From the NCBI GenBank assembly GCA_050246755.1, contig JBFWVL010000001.1:384001-448000 (forward strand): a stretch of DNA of 64,000 nt, given 5' to 3'. A program made the position numbers and the translations under genes. The notes below the pieces were generated by a model, which had not been told where the DNA came from, made no database searches, and worked only from the letters and a program-made list of their open reading frames with translations. Shown in pieces: positions 1-9,879 of this stretch (position 1 is its first letter; each line of letters opens with the position of its first letter). The DNA comes from Bacteriovoracia bacterium (GTDB taxonomy: Bacteria > Bdellovibrionota > UBA1018 > CAIPTA01).

Positions 1-910
1 TCTCGCCGGAATCGCCGCGTTTGGCGCCGGTGAACTGCATATGCTCCATATTGAGCGAGATCCGGTCGGTAATGCGCTTGTTCAGATTGAAGTTCATGAG
101 CGAACGGTCCACTTCGTATTTCAAACGTGAGCTAAGCGTGAGCTGATGGAAATCCCGGTTCATCTCCACTACCATATTGTCATCGCGGTTTCCGGCCTTC
201 AGGTTGATCGCGGTGTTCACCAAGGGATTGGTGAAAAGCAGGGTGCCGCTGCGACGCAAGATATTTAGCTTCGTCTTAAACTTAGTGGGAATTTTTTCTT
301 CTTCCGCCCTGGTGATCTGGGGTAAATCTTTGCGGTGAGCGCGCGCGATTTTTTCTTCGGGCGTGAGTTTACGCTCGTCGGCATCTTCGGCTCCGCCGTT
401 CGACAAATCTTTCAGCGTTCCCATTACTTGCATGGGAGCCGCGTTCTTATCGCCCTTGCGGAAAAAATCTTTGATCTGGTCGTTCAGCACTTCACGCGAG
501 GCCCATTTGGCCATCTCGGCGCGCTTACTGTCGTAGTCCTTCATTTCCCAGCTGCGGGCCCGGCGGTAAGGATTGTTCGCGGTTTTTTCGAAAGGCTCCA
601 CTTCGGAGCGGTAATGGTCGCGAAAATTTTGCTCCATGTCTTTGTCGTATACTTCTTCGAGAAAGGATTTGCGGGAAAGCACGCGCTCGGCTTCGTCGAA
701 ATCCACTTCGTTCGAACGATCTACGGGCCGCAGGCTTTGAAAAGATTTCAGGGACTGTTCGCGGGTAGAGGCGGTATTGGTGGATACGACTTTCGCGGGA
801 GAGGCGGGCACACGAAAAAAGGGCTCGGGAACCTGCCCGGACGCGTTCCAGCCATAGAGGAGACCTCCGGCTACGGAAAGCGATACTAGGGCAATAATAG
901 GGCGCGACAT
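1..910 (-). CDS. Exported hypothetical protein, 3'-truncated by the window edge; C-terminal part looks like amphipathic beta strands
   Basis: Hand-translated: ATG at 910 (MSRPIIALVSLSVAGGLLYGWNASG...), frame open to position 1, RBS GAGG upstream, signal-like N-terminus. Absent from the ORF track because it has no stop in the window. Confidence 0.85.
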   Translation of the reverse strand, partial: MSRPIIALVSLSVAGGLLYGWNASGQVPEPFFRVPASPAKVVSTNTASTREQSLKSFQSLRPVDRSNEVDFDEAERVLSRKSFLEEVYDKDMEQNFRDHYRSEVEPFEKTANNPYRRARSWEMKDYDSKRAEMAKWASREVLNDQIKDFFRKGDKNAAPMQVMGTLKDLSNGGAEDADERKLTPEEKIARAHRKDLPQITRAEEEKIPTKFKTKLNILRRSGTLLFTNPLVNTAINLKAGNRDDNMVVEMNRDFHQLTLSSRLKYEVDRSLMNFNLNKRITDRISLNMEHMQFTGAKRGDSGE

Positions 911-931
911 CGAGGACCTCGCTTACTGCAG

Positions 932-1050
932 TGCAAGACTAGTACCCAATGTTTTTGTTTTATCTATTTTTAATAGTTTCAATAGGTTAGCCGAGGAAAC
1001 CGGCCCTTTGCCTAAAGATAAAACAGCGCTTTAGTGTCAAATTTCCACAC
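932..1050 (-). promoter_or_regulatory. Candidate sigma54 promoter with IHF-like site and upstream palindrome
   Basis: Minus strand GGGTAC-TAGTC-TTGCA (932-947) has correct GG/GC spacing; TTTCAATAGGTTA (977-989) is one mismatch from WATCAANNNNTTR; GTGT-N9-ACAC at 1034-1050. Confidence 0.5.
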
Positions 1051-1240
1051 ACCCTTGTAATTAATATACTGTTTTGATCGGATATGCCTTGGCCACTAGG
1101 CCACTTGGCTGTGCGCGAAGGCAGCCAACCATCTGATTTTACTTAACAATATTTGAAGGAAAGCCGCCACATTACGCCAACTTACTAGACCATCGAAGTC
1201 ATAGGAGAATTTCACAAAAAACAACAATCAAGTAGGCCAG

Positions 1241-1927
1241 CTAAGGGGCCATCGGCACCTGGGCACACCAAAACGCCAGCGCCATCAAAGCCCCGCTAAT
1301 CACAGGAATCGCGAAGTTATCGTCGATATTCAGCGGCAGAAGTTCCGCCAGACTCCCCGCAAACCCTCCCAAAAGTGAAAACACCACGAGCAGAGAACGT
1401 GGGCTGTCCTGCCATAGAAGATAAGCAAAGGTGGCGAACGCACAAACCGTGAACCCGCCGAGCGTCCCCTGCAGGCTCTTGTTGGGGAAAATTTTATTCC
1501 TGCCATAAAGCACACCGAAAAAGGAAGAAGAGGGATCACCGAGCGCGAGGTAAAGAATCGAGAGCACGGCGATATGCTGCGGGAAAATCAGGAACGCGAA
1601 CAGGCAGGACGCCATATAAAAAGGGATCCCGCTCAATTGATTCACTTCTGTATCCCGCATCACCGGCCCCATCACTCGGAGCATAAGCCCGTTAACCCAG
1701 GGCCAACGCGCGCGCGAATACTCAATCGACATCACCGCGGCCAATAAAGTCCCGAGAACTGCGGCCATCATCTCTCTCGTGACTCCGAAGAATAGATAGG
1801 GCGTCAATAACCCGATGGCCCCGCTCATGTGAAAAAACTTCCGCGCGAGGTGGAGATCGGAACGATGACGCAATCCCGTCACCGAGGGTAGCGGAAGGGC
1901 AACGAGCTTATTCAGTAGGGAACTCAT
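1241..1927 (-). CDS. CTP-dependent diacylglycerol/polyprenol (phytol/dolichol) kinase family membrane protein
   Basis: RKFFH, GDPSSSFFG...KSLQG and DDNFAIP motifs; multiple TM segments. Confidence 0.85.
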   Translation of the reverse strand: MSSLLNKLVALPLPSVTGLRHRSDLHLARKFFHMSGAIGLLTPYLFFGVTREMMAAVLGTLLAAVMSIEYSRARWPWVNGLMLRVMGPVMRDTEVNQLSGIPFYMASCLFAFLIFPQHIAVLSILYLALGDPSSSFFGVLYGRNKIFPNKSLQGTLGGFTVCAFATFAYLLWQDSPRSLLVVFSLLGGFAGSLAELLPLNIDDNFAIPVISGALMALAFWCAQVPMAP

Positions 1928-1995
1928 GGCTCTGATAGTGACATGAGTCCGGTGCGGCAGGCAAAATAACTAAATCTCTCCTACCCGCTTTACGG

Positions 1996-2024
1996 TTGAC
2001 ATTAGGTCCCACGCTTCCGATACT
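1996..2024 (+). promoter_or_regulatory. sigma70-like promoter of the MinD-like operon
   Basis: TTGACA (1996-2001)-N17-GATACT (2019-2024), then GAGGAAGG and ATG 2050. Confidence 0.55.
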
Positions 2025-2049
2025 TATAGAGGAAGGTATTTGGCAACTG

Positions 2050-3066
2050 ATGAATAATATTGCGGAAAAGGAAGTTCCTGCAGAAACCGTGGAAAATCTT
2101 GGCGCCCCCAAGATCACCGGCTCCAGCTCCTCTGCCTATAAACAAATTTGGGCGATTGGCGGCGGCAAAGGCGGCGTGGGGAAAACGCTAATCACGGCCA
2201 ACTTCGCGATCGCCCTGGCGCGGGCGGGTGCGTCCGTGGTGCTCGTGGACCTCGACCTCGGTGGCGCGAACCTCCATACCTGCCTCGGGCTCGAGCAATC
2301 GAACAATAAAACCCTCACCGATCTATTCTCGCCCGACGTAAAAAACCTTAACGACCTGGCGGCCCCCACCAATATCCCGAACCTTTCGCTGATCAGCGGC
2401 GCCCACGACAGCCTGAACGTGGCCAACCTGCCCCACGCGCAAAAGCAAAAACTATTGAACAAGCTTCGCTTGCTCCCCTTCGACTACATCGTGCTCGATC
2501 TCGGGGCCGGCACTTCCTACAATACGCTCGACTTCTTCCTCGCGGCCGACGTGGGAATCCTGGTGGTACTGCCCGAGCCCACCAGCATCGAAAACGCCTA
2601 CCGCTTCATCAAGAGTTCGTTCTACCGCAAGCTGAAGAACATCGAATATCTCTACGACGCCCGCACACTGGTGGATTCCACCATGAACCGCAAGAACGAG
2701 CTCGGCATCAAAACCCCGGCCGATCTCCTGCGCGCACTCGAAGATCAGTACCCCGAAGTGGGCTCCAAGGTACGCAACGCCATTAACCGCTTCGACATCA
2801 AGCTCGTGGTGAACCAAGCCCGTACGGAAGTGGACTCGGAAGTGGGCTACGGCGTGCGCAACGTTTGTAAAAAATATTTTGGCTTCAACCTCGATTTCCT
2901 CGGTGTGCTCGAATACGACAGCGCCGTTTGGCAGTCCGTGCGCAAGAAGCGCCCGCTCACGCTCGAGTTTCCTTCGAGCCCCCTGATCCCCGCCATGCAA
3001 AAAATGGTGGGCCACATCGTGGCGGAACAGGCCGAAAAACTAAAGCGAACCGAAGCGGGATTATAA
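2050..3066 (+). CDS. MinD/FlhG/ParA-family P-loop ATPase
   Basis: GGGKGGVGKT Walker A, VDLDLGGANL, DYIVLDLGAG, PEPTSIENAY; start moved to ATG 2050 behind the RBS. Confidence 0.9.
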   Translation: MNNIAEKEVPAETVENLGAPKITGSSSSAYKQIWAIGGGKGGVGKTLITANFAIALARAGASVVLVDLDLGGANLHTCLGLEQSNNKTLTDLFSPDVKNLNDLAAPTNIPNLSLISGAHDSLNVANLPHAQKQKLLNKLRLLPFDYIVLDLGAGTSYNTLDFFLAADVGILVVLPEPTSIENAYRFIKSSFYRKLKNIEYLYDARTLVDSTMNRKNELGIKTPADLLRALEDQYPEVGSKVRNAINRFDIKLVVNQARTEVDSEVGYGVRNVCKKYFGFNLDFLGVLEYDSAVWQSVRKKRPLTLEFPSSPLIPAMQKMVGHIVAEQAEKLKRTEAGL

Positions 3067-3090
3067 GCAACTTAAGTTAGGCCCAAGCGC

Positions 3091-3891
3091 ATGATTTCTA
3101 AAAATAAACAAAGTTACTACGAGATACTCGACGTTAGCCTGAATGCAAATCCCGAAATAATCCGTATGGCCTATATCCGGGCCAAGAACGCCTATAACCG
3201 GGACTCCCTCGCCGCCTACTCCCTCTTCGATCGCGAAGAATCAAAGAATATCCTGGCCGAGATCGAAGAAGCCTATACGATCCTCTCGGACTCCGAGAAA
3301 CGCCGCAAATATGACGAGTCGCACGGCATCGTTTCTTCTGAAACCGTCTACGATGCCTACCACCGCGGAAATCACGCCGTAGCCGCCTTCTCCCGCGAAT
3401 CCATGGCCAACCAGCTGGGCGGTGGCGACGGTTTTCAGTTCGAGGACGACCCCTTCCGCAAACCAATCGAGAAACAATTGGCGGAAGCAAGAGCCAACGA
3501 GACCCCCATGCGTGCCGGCGAGCCTTCGCCGATCGAAAGACTGCGGGCCGCCCAGGAAAATGCGGTAAACCCGAAAAACTTTCAGCTCACTCCGCGCCAT
3601 CATGAAACCAATCCCGAGATGGAAGAGCGCATTGCGGGCCTGCAAAACGTGAACGGTGCCTTCCTCAAAGCCGTGCGGGAATATAAGCACGTCACGGTAG
3701 ATGAAGTGATGAACATCATCAAGATCAGCAAAAATTATCTCAACGCCCTCGAAACCGACGACGTAACCAAGCTACCGGCCAGCGTATTCGTGCGCGGGTT
3801 CGTGATTCAGTACGCCAAGGCACTGAAGCTCGACCATGAAAAAGTAGCGAACGCCTACATGGAATTTTTCCGCGCCAAGCGGCCTAGCTGA
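3091..3891 (+). CDS. J-domain-like N-terminus plus C-terminal RodZ-type (HTH_25) helix-turn-helix protein
   Basis: YYEILDV...IEEAYTILSDSEKRRKYD without HPD; GAFLKAVRE...YLNALE...FVRGFVIQYAKAL. Confidence 0.8.
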   Translation: MISKNKQSYYEILDVSLNANPEIIRMAYIRAKNAYNRDSLAAYSLFDREESKNILAEIEEAYTILSDSEKRRKYDESHGIVSSETVYDAYHRGNHAVAAFSRESMANQLGGGDGFQFEDDPFRKPIEKQLAEARANETPMRAGEPSPIERLRAAQENAVNPKNFQLTPRHHETNPEMEERIAGLQNVNGAFLKAVREYKHVTVDEVMNIIKISKNYLNALETDDVTKLPASVFVRGFVIQYAKALKLDHEKVANAYMEFFRAKRPS

Positions 3892-3896
3892 CCCGC

Positions 3897-4919
3897 ATGC
3901 ACAAGCTCGTTCCAGGCGATTGGACCCACCTCGCTAGCGATGCCGAGGGAACGCGCCTCGACGTATATCTCCCGCAAAAATTTCCCGAGCTCTCGCGCGC
4001 ACGCGCACAAAAGCTGATCAGCGAAGGAAAGGTGCTGCGAAACGGCGCGCCGGTGAAGGCAAACCACAAGCTGGAAATCGGCGACGCGCTTTCCATTTTT
4101 TTGCCTGCCGCCAAGTCCAGCGTGCTACGCCCCCAGGACATCCCGCTCACGATCTACTTCCAGGATGAGCACCTGGCGGTGATCGAGAAACCCGCCGGGC
4201 TAGTAGTGCATCCCTCGGTCGGCCACGCCGAAGGCACGCTCGTCAACGCGCTTCTCCACCACTTCCCCGATCTCTCCTCGGGCAGCGGCATCGGCGGGGA
4301 GCAAAGGCCGGGAATCGTGCACCGAATCGACCGTAATACGTCTGGGATTTTGCTCATCACCAAAACTGACCTCGCTCATCGCGCCCTCGGCGAGCAGTTT
4401 AAGGAGCATTCGATCTCCCGGCGCTACTCCGGCCTCGCCTGGGGAAAATTGCCCGAAAAGGGCGAATGGAAAGGAAATATCGGCCGCGATCCCAAAGAGC
4501 GGAAAAGAATGGCGATCGTGCCCGAAGGCCAGGGTCGCACCGCGCTCACCCTTTACCGCGCCGTTGCCCATTTCGACGGGCTCACCCAATTCGAAGCCGA
4601 GCTAAAAACGGGAAGGACGCACCAGATTCGCGTTCATTTTTCCGCCCATGGCTTTCCCCTCGCAGGCGACTCCGTTTATGGAGCCGCCTCCCGCCTGGCT
4701 CGGCAGCAAAAAGAAAAAGGCCTGCGCTCCTTGCTCCGCTCCTGCCCGAAAGCACACGAACAAATCGGTATTCTTCAGGAAATTTCCCGGCAATTCCTTC
4801 ATGCCTGTCATTTAGGATTCAGCCATCCGGTGAGCGGCGAACGCCTCGAGTTCGACAGCGCTCTGCCCAGCGATCTGGCCGAAATCATGCTAAGCTTGCG
4901 CGAATGCCGGAAGCCATAA
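3897..4919 (+). CDS. rluD: RluA-family 23S rRNA pseudouridine synthase
   Basis: S4 domain, KPAGLVVHP, GIVHRIDRNTSG, TGRTHQIRVH; upstream of pgeF. Confidence 0.92.
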   Translation: MHKLVPGDWTHLASDAEGTRLDVYLPQKFPELSRARAQKLISEGKVLRNGAPVKANHKLEIGDALSIFLPAAKSSVLRPQDIPLTIYFQDEHLAVIEKPAGLVVHPSVGHAEGTLVNALLHHFPDLSSGSGIGGEQRPGIVHRIDRNTSGILLITKTDLAHRALGEQFKEHSISRRYSGLAWGKLPEKGEWKGNIGRDPKERKRMAIVPEGQGRTALTLYRAVAHFDGLTQFEAELKTGRTHQIRVHFSAHGFPLAGDSVYGAASRLARQQKEKGLRSLLRSCPKAHEQIGILQEISRQFLHACHLGFSHPVSGERLEFDSALPSDLAEIMLSLRECRKP

Positions 4920-5623
4920 TTCAGTCAAAACTATTTGCGCAAATTCCGGGCATCGAGCATGGCTTCACCACGCGCGCGGCTTCCACCGAGCAAATCGCGC
5001 GCCTCGAAGCCCGGGTAAGCACCGCGAAGCAAGTGCATAAGGACCAGATTTTTTGGCCCGTGGCCTACGAGCGGCGCACCCATGAGGCCGATGCCGTGGG
5101 AACTTTGCGCGGGAATTTTTTCGTAGGCGCTTATTCGGCCGACTGCACGCCCCTGCTCCTCGCGGTAACCGAAAACGGCATGCCGATCGGCGTTATGGCC
5201 GTGCACGCGGGGTGGCGCGGCACCGCTCTCGAAATCGCCCGTAAATCGGTAGGAGCGCTTTTGGCGAAGTGCGGTAAGCCCGGAAAAGAGCGCCGTCTCT
5301 ACGCCGTGATTGGGCCTTGCATCGGCTACGAAAATTTCGAGGTGGGCGATGACGTGATCGCCGCCTTTCCCCATGCCCTTGCAGACGGCCTCGCGCGCCC
5401 TTTACGGCTCGACGGAGATAAACAGAAATACCTCTTCCATTTGCCGGGTGAAAACCTGAGACAGCTTCGCCTCGCGGCGGCCGAGAGCGGGTTGCCCCTA
5501 GAAGCCGAAAATCTGGCCCTTTGCACGGTGGCCGATCCCGGGCTCTTTCCTTCCTTTCGACGCGACCATGAACATGCGGGGCGCATTCTTTCCTATATCG
5601 CTTTCGGTACTGACCGGCCCTAA
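4904..5623 (+). CDS. pgeF: YfiH/PgeF polyphenol-oxidase-like family protein
   Basis: HGFTTR, QVH, ADCTPLL, HAGWRG, IGPCI, FPSFRR; start ATG 4904 overlapping the rluD end. Confidence 0.88.
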   Translation: MPEAIIQSKLFAQIPGIEHGFTTRAASTEQIARLEARVSTAKQVHKDQIFWPVAYERRTHEADAVGTLRGNFFVGAYSADCTPLLLAVTENGMPIGVMAVHAGWRGTALEIARKSVGALLAKCGKPGKERRLYAVIGPCIGYENFEVGDDVIAAFPHALADGLARPLRLDGDKQKYLFHLPGENLRQLRLAAAESGLPLEAENLALCTVADPGLFPSFRRDHEHAGRILSYIAFGTDRP

Positions 5624-5660
5624 GGGGACATGGTAGCATTCTTCAAAATCCGGAGGTTTT

Positions 5661-6890
5661 ATGCGTACCGATACTAGATATTTAAAGATCATTCTGCTGC
5701 TCGCTTTGCTCGGAATGCTAGTGGCCGGGAAACTCCTCTCCGTGCACGTCCGTTTCACCTCCGGTCAGGCCACCCTCACTGAATCCTGCTCGGTGATTTC
5801 GGCCTCACAGGGCTGCGCATCCGTGGCCGTTTCCGATTATTCTTCGGTGGCTGGAGTTCCGGTGGCCGCATTTGCGTTGGGATTTTATTTCACTATTTTA
5901 CTCCTCGTATTCTGGGCCATGCGTAACTATCAGGCCGCCTATGAACCGCTCTACGTCGGCTTTCTTTTTTCTACGGTTTCGATCGTGGTCACCGTGATCA
6001 TGTTTTATATCTCGCGCTTCGTATTGCATGAGTTCTGCCAATTTTGCGCCATGCTCTGGCTCATCAACCTCGCCCTATGGCCGGCCTTCGTGAAGCAGCT
6101 GGGCCTCGGCTGGGGCAATGCGCTCGCCGGCAACTTGGAGCTCATCCGTCATAAAAACTTAAACCTGAGAAAAGAGCGTGTGCTCGGCTGCCTTGGCGTA
6201 GGCGTGGTTTGCGTATTAGCTTTTTCGATAATTGGGCTGGCCGCCAAAAGCCTGCAGGGACAGGAAAACAGCTACGGAGAACGGAGTTCTCTCGTAAAAG
6301 ACTTTCAAAACGCCCCCCAAGTATTTTTGCCCGCCGAAGCCTACGGCGGCGCACAAGCCAAGGGCACCGCGGGTGCCACCCCCATTATGGAAATCGCAGA
6401 ATTTGCTGATTTTCAGTGCCCCGCCTGCCGCATGGCCGCGCAGCTTTTTAAGCCTTTCTTGCTGAAACACAAAGATAAAGTACGACTCACCTTCCATCAT
6501 TTCCCCCTCGACGGCACCTGCAATTCTTTCGTGCCGAATGGCATGCATGCTTTTGCTTGCGCCACCGCTCGAAACGCGATCTGCGCCGGCAAGCAGGGAA
6601 AATTTTGGGAATTTCACGATCAGATCTATGATCGCCAGGACGAGCTTTCCACCTCCCTGATTTCCGAAGTGGCGGAAAAAGTGAATCTCGATCAGGCCGC
6701 CCTCACCGCCTGCCTCGCGGATCCGGCCACCGAGGCCCAGCTGCAAAAAGACATTCAGTGGGGCGATATGATCGGCCTCTCTTCTACTCCCACGATCGTG
6801 ATCAATGGCCACAAGCTCGAAGGCGGAAAAAGCCCCGCGGAGCTGGAAGCGCTAATGGACAGCCTCGAAGCCCAGCGCCGGGGAAAATAG
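5661..6890 (+). CDS. VKOR (vitamin K epoxide reductase)-DsbA/thioredoxin fusion, disulfide bond formation
   Basis: Loop Cys pair, TM helices with CQFC, then DFQCPAC, FPLD and STPT (cis-Pro) thioredoxin fold. Confidence 0.88.
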   Translation: MRTDTRYLKIILLLALLGMLVAGKLLSVHVRFTSGQATLTESCSVISASQGCASVAVSDYSSVAGVPVAAFALGFYFTILLLVFWAMRNYQAAYEPLYVGFLFSTVSIVVTVIMFYISRFVLHEFCQFCAMLWLINLALWPAFVKQLGLGWGNALAGNLELIRHKNLNLRKERVLGCLGVGVVCVLAFSIIGLAAKSLQGQENSYGERSSLVKDFQNAPQVFLPAEAYGGAQAKGTAGATPIMEIAEFADFQCPACRMAAQLFKPFLLKHKDKVRLTFHHFPLDGTCNSFVPNGMHAFACATARNAICAGKQGKFWEFHDQIYDRQDELSTSLISEVAEKVNLDQAALTACLADPATEAQLQKDIQWGDMIGLSSTPTIVINGHKLEGGKSPAELEALMDSLEAQRRGK

Positions 6891-6893
6891 CCC

Positions 6894-7685
6894 ATGCTGA
6901 TCGACAGCCACGCTCACCTCGACTACGAATACGCCGAGACCACGGAACAGCTCTTGGCGAATGCGGATCTAGCCGGGGTGAAGCGGGTGATCGCCATCGC
7001 CGCCGCCGCCGATTCATTAGAGCGCACACGTGATTTAGCCGAGCGCTTTTCCAATGTTTTTTTCACTTCCGGGATTCATCCCCACGATTCCAAAGATTTT
7101 ACGCCCGAAATTTTTTCGCGGATCCGGGCGCTTGCCGCGCACCCTAAATGCGTGGCGGTGGGCGAGCTTGGCTTGGATTATTTTTACGAGCACTCCACCC
7201 ACGAGACCCAATTTTCGGCGCTCGAGCAGCAGCTGCGATTCTCGGCTGAAATCGGCAAACCCGTGGTGGTACACACTCGCGAGGCCGACGCCGACACCGT
7301 TCGTTTCCTCACGGAACACTCCCGGGAATTCCTCAAAAATCATCCGGGGCGCTCCCCCGGGGTTATTCACTGCTTCACCGGGTCACGTGCCCTCGCCGAA
7401 CAGACATTGGCGCTCGGCTACCATATTTCTTTTTCCGGGATTCTTACTTTCAAAACCGCCGAAGATTTGCGGATTACGGCGAAGGAAGTGGTTCCGCTGG
7501 ATCGCCTGCTCGTGGAAACGGATTCCCCTTTTCTCGCTCCCATCCCTCATCGCGGAAAAAAGAATCAGCCCGCGTTCACCCGCGTGGTGGCTGAAAAGCT
7601 GGCCGAGTTAAAGGGAATTTCCCTCGAAGAGTTAGCCAAGCATACCACCGCCAATACCGAGCGGCTCTTCGCGTTGCCCGCTTAG
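6894..7685 (+). CDS. tatD: TatD-family hydrolase
   Basis: IDSHAHL, GIHPH, GELGLDY, IHCFTG, LVETDSPFLAP. Confidence 0.93.
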   Translation: MLIDSHAHLDYEYAETTEQLLANADLAGVKRVIAIAAAADSLERTRDLAERFSNVFFTSGIHPHDSKDFTPEIFSRIRALAAHPKCVAVGELGLDYFYEHSTHETQFSALEQQLRFSAEIGKPVVVHTREADADTVRFLTEHSREFLKNHPGRSPGVIHCFTGSRALAEQTLALGYHISFSGILTFKTAEDLRITAKEVVPLDRLLVETDSPFLAPIPHRGKKNQPAFTRVVAEKLAELKGISLEELAKHTTANTERLFALPA

Positions 7686-7689
7686 GCCC

Positions 7690-8595
7690 TTATTTCCAGG
7701 CCGCGCGCAGGCTTCTCAGCAGCGCTCCCCAGGCAAGGGTCCAGAGAAACAGCACGGGTAGCACCGTCCACCACGCGCTCGCCATCCAGAAAAACTGCAA
7801 GGCGAGGATGCCTAGCAAAAGACTGAGTCCCCTCATTTCCTCCGCCCTGCGAGAAGGCAGGATGCGGTGTCCCGCCCAAAATGCCGCCGCCGCGTACGCG
7901 ATGACCCCCGCAAAAAATAGTAAGAGAAAATACAGCGGCAAAAGCACGATCCCGAAAATGGATATCAATAGAAGGGTGAAGAGCATGGGCACCGCCAGCG
8001 CTCCCAATGCTCCCACCAACAGGTTTTGTGGCCATTCCGCCCACAAGCGGCCCGCCGTGGCCTTGCGCAATTTAGGAAAAGCGCGGAAAAGCACGTAGGC
8101 AAAGAGCCAGAGCAAAAAGCAATACACCGCCATCCCGGCCGCTAGGGCTATGCCGTTGAAATTATCGCGCCAGAGCGTGGCGCCCGATTGGAGGAGCCGC
8201 CACAGCGGGCCCGGCGCGTGAAAGATGACGTTCTCATTCTTGATCGTAGCGCCCGGCAAAGTTTCGTAGGAGCCGCCCATTACCACCAGAGATTTATTGA
8301 GCTTGGATCCTTCGTGAAAAACCACGTGGCCCGACAACACGAGCACTTCATCCGCGTTGCCGTAGATATCTAGGTGTCCCCAAAGCAGGAGCACCGTGCG
8401 GTAAACTTCGCCCGCTTCAATCACGGCATCTTCCGCCCCGAGCAGTACGTTCCCGGCTTTTTTATCTTCGAGCCGAAGCGCGGAGGGAGAAACGGTTAGG
8501 GCCTGCGCGCTAGCGCTGAAAAACAGTAAGCCGAGGAGGACTCCCCGGCTTATCGCTTTGTGCGCCCTACAAATTAGAGGCAGGATAGAGATCAC
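7690..8595 (-). CDS. Membrane protein with N-terminal beta-solenoid-like periplasmic region and C-terminal TM bundle
   Basis: Signal-like SASAQA; repeating VLLLWGHLDIYG/VLVLSGHVVF/LVVMGG units; hydrophobic C-half. Start uncertain. Confidence 0.65.
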   Translation of the reverse strand: MISILPLICRAHKAISRGVLLGLLFFSASAQALTVSPSALRLEDKKAGNVLLGAEDAVIEAGEVYRTVLLLWGHLDIYGNADEVLVLSGHVVFHEGSKLNKSLVVMGGSYETLPGATIKNENVIFHAPGPLWRLLQSGATLWRDNFNGIALAAGMAVYCFLLWLFAYVLFRAFPKLRKATAGRLWAEWPQNLLVGALGALAVPMLFTLLLISIFGIVLLPLYFLLLFFAGVIAYAAAAFWAGHRILPSRRAEEMRGLSLLLGILALQFFWMASAWWTVLPVLFLWTLAWGALLRSLRAAWK

Positions 8596-9724
8596 CGAAA
8601 TCCAGCCAGTCCGAGCGATCGTTCAGCGGGAAGGTAGGATAAGAAGGTTCCGATCCGGTGAGGTCCGGATCTCCGCCCTCGCCCATCGCGGAGTGGGTAT
8701 TCCAGTCGCGGATGAAAAGCCGGATTCTCTGCCGGATATCGTAGGCTCCGTCTAAGCACTGGAAGTCGTAGGTGTCCTGCGGAAGATGCAGAGTATTGGG
8801 AGAGGTTAACCCGGAAGGCACCTGGAGCCCGATTGGCTTGCCGCCGGTATGGTCGAGCGGATTATAAAAATTGCCGGTCCATACGTTCGAAAACACCCGG
8901 GAACTAGCTCCAAACGTCGCGTCGATGGGGCCGTTATACGTCACCACTCTATTTAGCCCGGTGTTTTGCACCCATTCGATCGTGGCGAGAGGAAGGCCAT
9001 CGGCGGATTTAGCCTGCTGGATTTCCATGGCCGGGCCGGCCGCGCAATTTGAAGCCTCGCCAGTCCATTCTTTGGAGTCCGTTTGCTTCGTGAAGGTTCC
9101 ATCAGAAGCATAGGTAGTAACCGTATGGCTGTAGGTTCCAATGCAGCAGTTAGGCCCACCAGCCGTACTATAGTCATAGGAACACTGGGCGGTCCCATTG
9201 GAGGTATTCGTTACGTCGCGGATGGATTTATCCGCCAATATTTCGTGGGAGACGATCGTAGGCCCATTTCCGGGGCCGTAGGCCCAGAACCAATAGGGCA
9301 TGGTGCGCACGTAGGTGCACATATCGCTAGGCACATGATACTGAATTTTTAGCTTATTGAAGTAGAGATCCAATTCCTCTACTTCGGCCACGCAGAGAAC
9401 ATCGTTTCCGTCGGCCGAGCCGTCGGCGATTTTGCATTCCGAGCTGAAATTCGTGGTGCCGATGGTAGCCCCATATGCCGCGTCGGCCTGGTGAAAATAA
9501 GGCGCCATGGCGGAGTTTGAGGATCCGGTTAGGGCCACGAAAAATCCCGCGGCATTTACCACCGGACCAGCGGGAACGGGAACGGTGGATCCACCGCTGC
9601 CGCCCGCACCGGCTTGGGTGCTGGGTCCATTTACGGTGGCCTTTTCGCTATTCACTTGCCCGCAAGCGGTGAAAATAACTAAAACTGCCGGCAAAATCGC
9701 ACGCAAAGAAAATCGCAGTGGCAT
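8567..9724 (-). CDS. Cys-rich hypothetical lipoprotein
   Basis: Lipobox VIFTAC, Gly/Ser linker, 8 further Cys; start re-assigned to MPLRF. Confidence 0.75.
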   Translation of the reverse strand: MPLRFSLRAILPAVLVIFTACGQVNSEKATVNGPSTQAGAGGSGGSTVPVPAGPVVNAAGFFVALTGSSNSAMAPYFHQADAAYGATIGTTNFSSECKIADGSADGNDVLCVAEVEELDLYFNKLKIQYHVPSDMCTYVRTMPYWFWAYGPGNGPTIVSHEILADKSIRDVTNTSNGTAQCSYDYSTAGGPNCCIGTYSHTVTTYASDGTFTKQTDSKEWTGEASNCAAGPAMEIQQAKSADGLPLATIEWVQNTGLNRVVTYNGPIDATFGASSRVFSNVWTGNFYNPLDHTGGKPIGLQVPSGLTSPNTLHLPQDTYDFQCLDGAYDIRQRIRLFIRDWNTHSAMGEGGDPDLTGSEPSYPTFPLNDRSDWLDFGDLYPASNL

Positions 9725-9879
9725 TCCGTCCATGGTACGCACCTTTCCTGGGCCAGAAAGGCCCTCCTCAAAAAATTCTAACATTCTGCCGGGATTCGTC
9801 AATCAAACGCCTTACGCGGGAGAGTGGGGACTACGGATTCAGTGTAGAAACATGAATTGGCTATGGTATGGATGACCAC

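Noticed and set aside
335-889. 184-aa plus-strand ORF
   Set aside because: Antisense shadow of the longer minus-strand gene starting at 910, which has an RBS and signal peptide.
4466-4903. N-terminal extension of the pgeF ORF (similar extensions on ctaC, crcB, lpxA and 28787-29371)
   Set aside because: They overlap upstream genes in another frame; family homology starts at the downstream ATG.
5661-6890. VKOR-DsbA fusion as a novelty
   Set aside because: VKOR-thioredoxin-fold fusions are already well known in bacteria.
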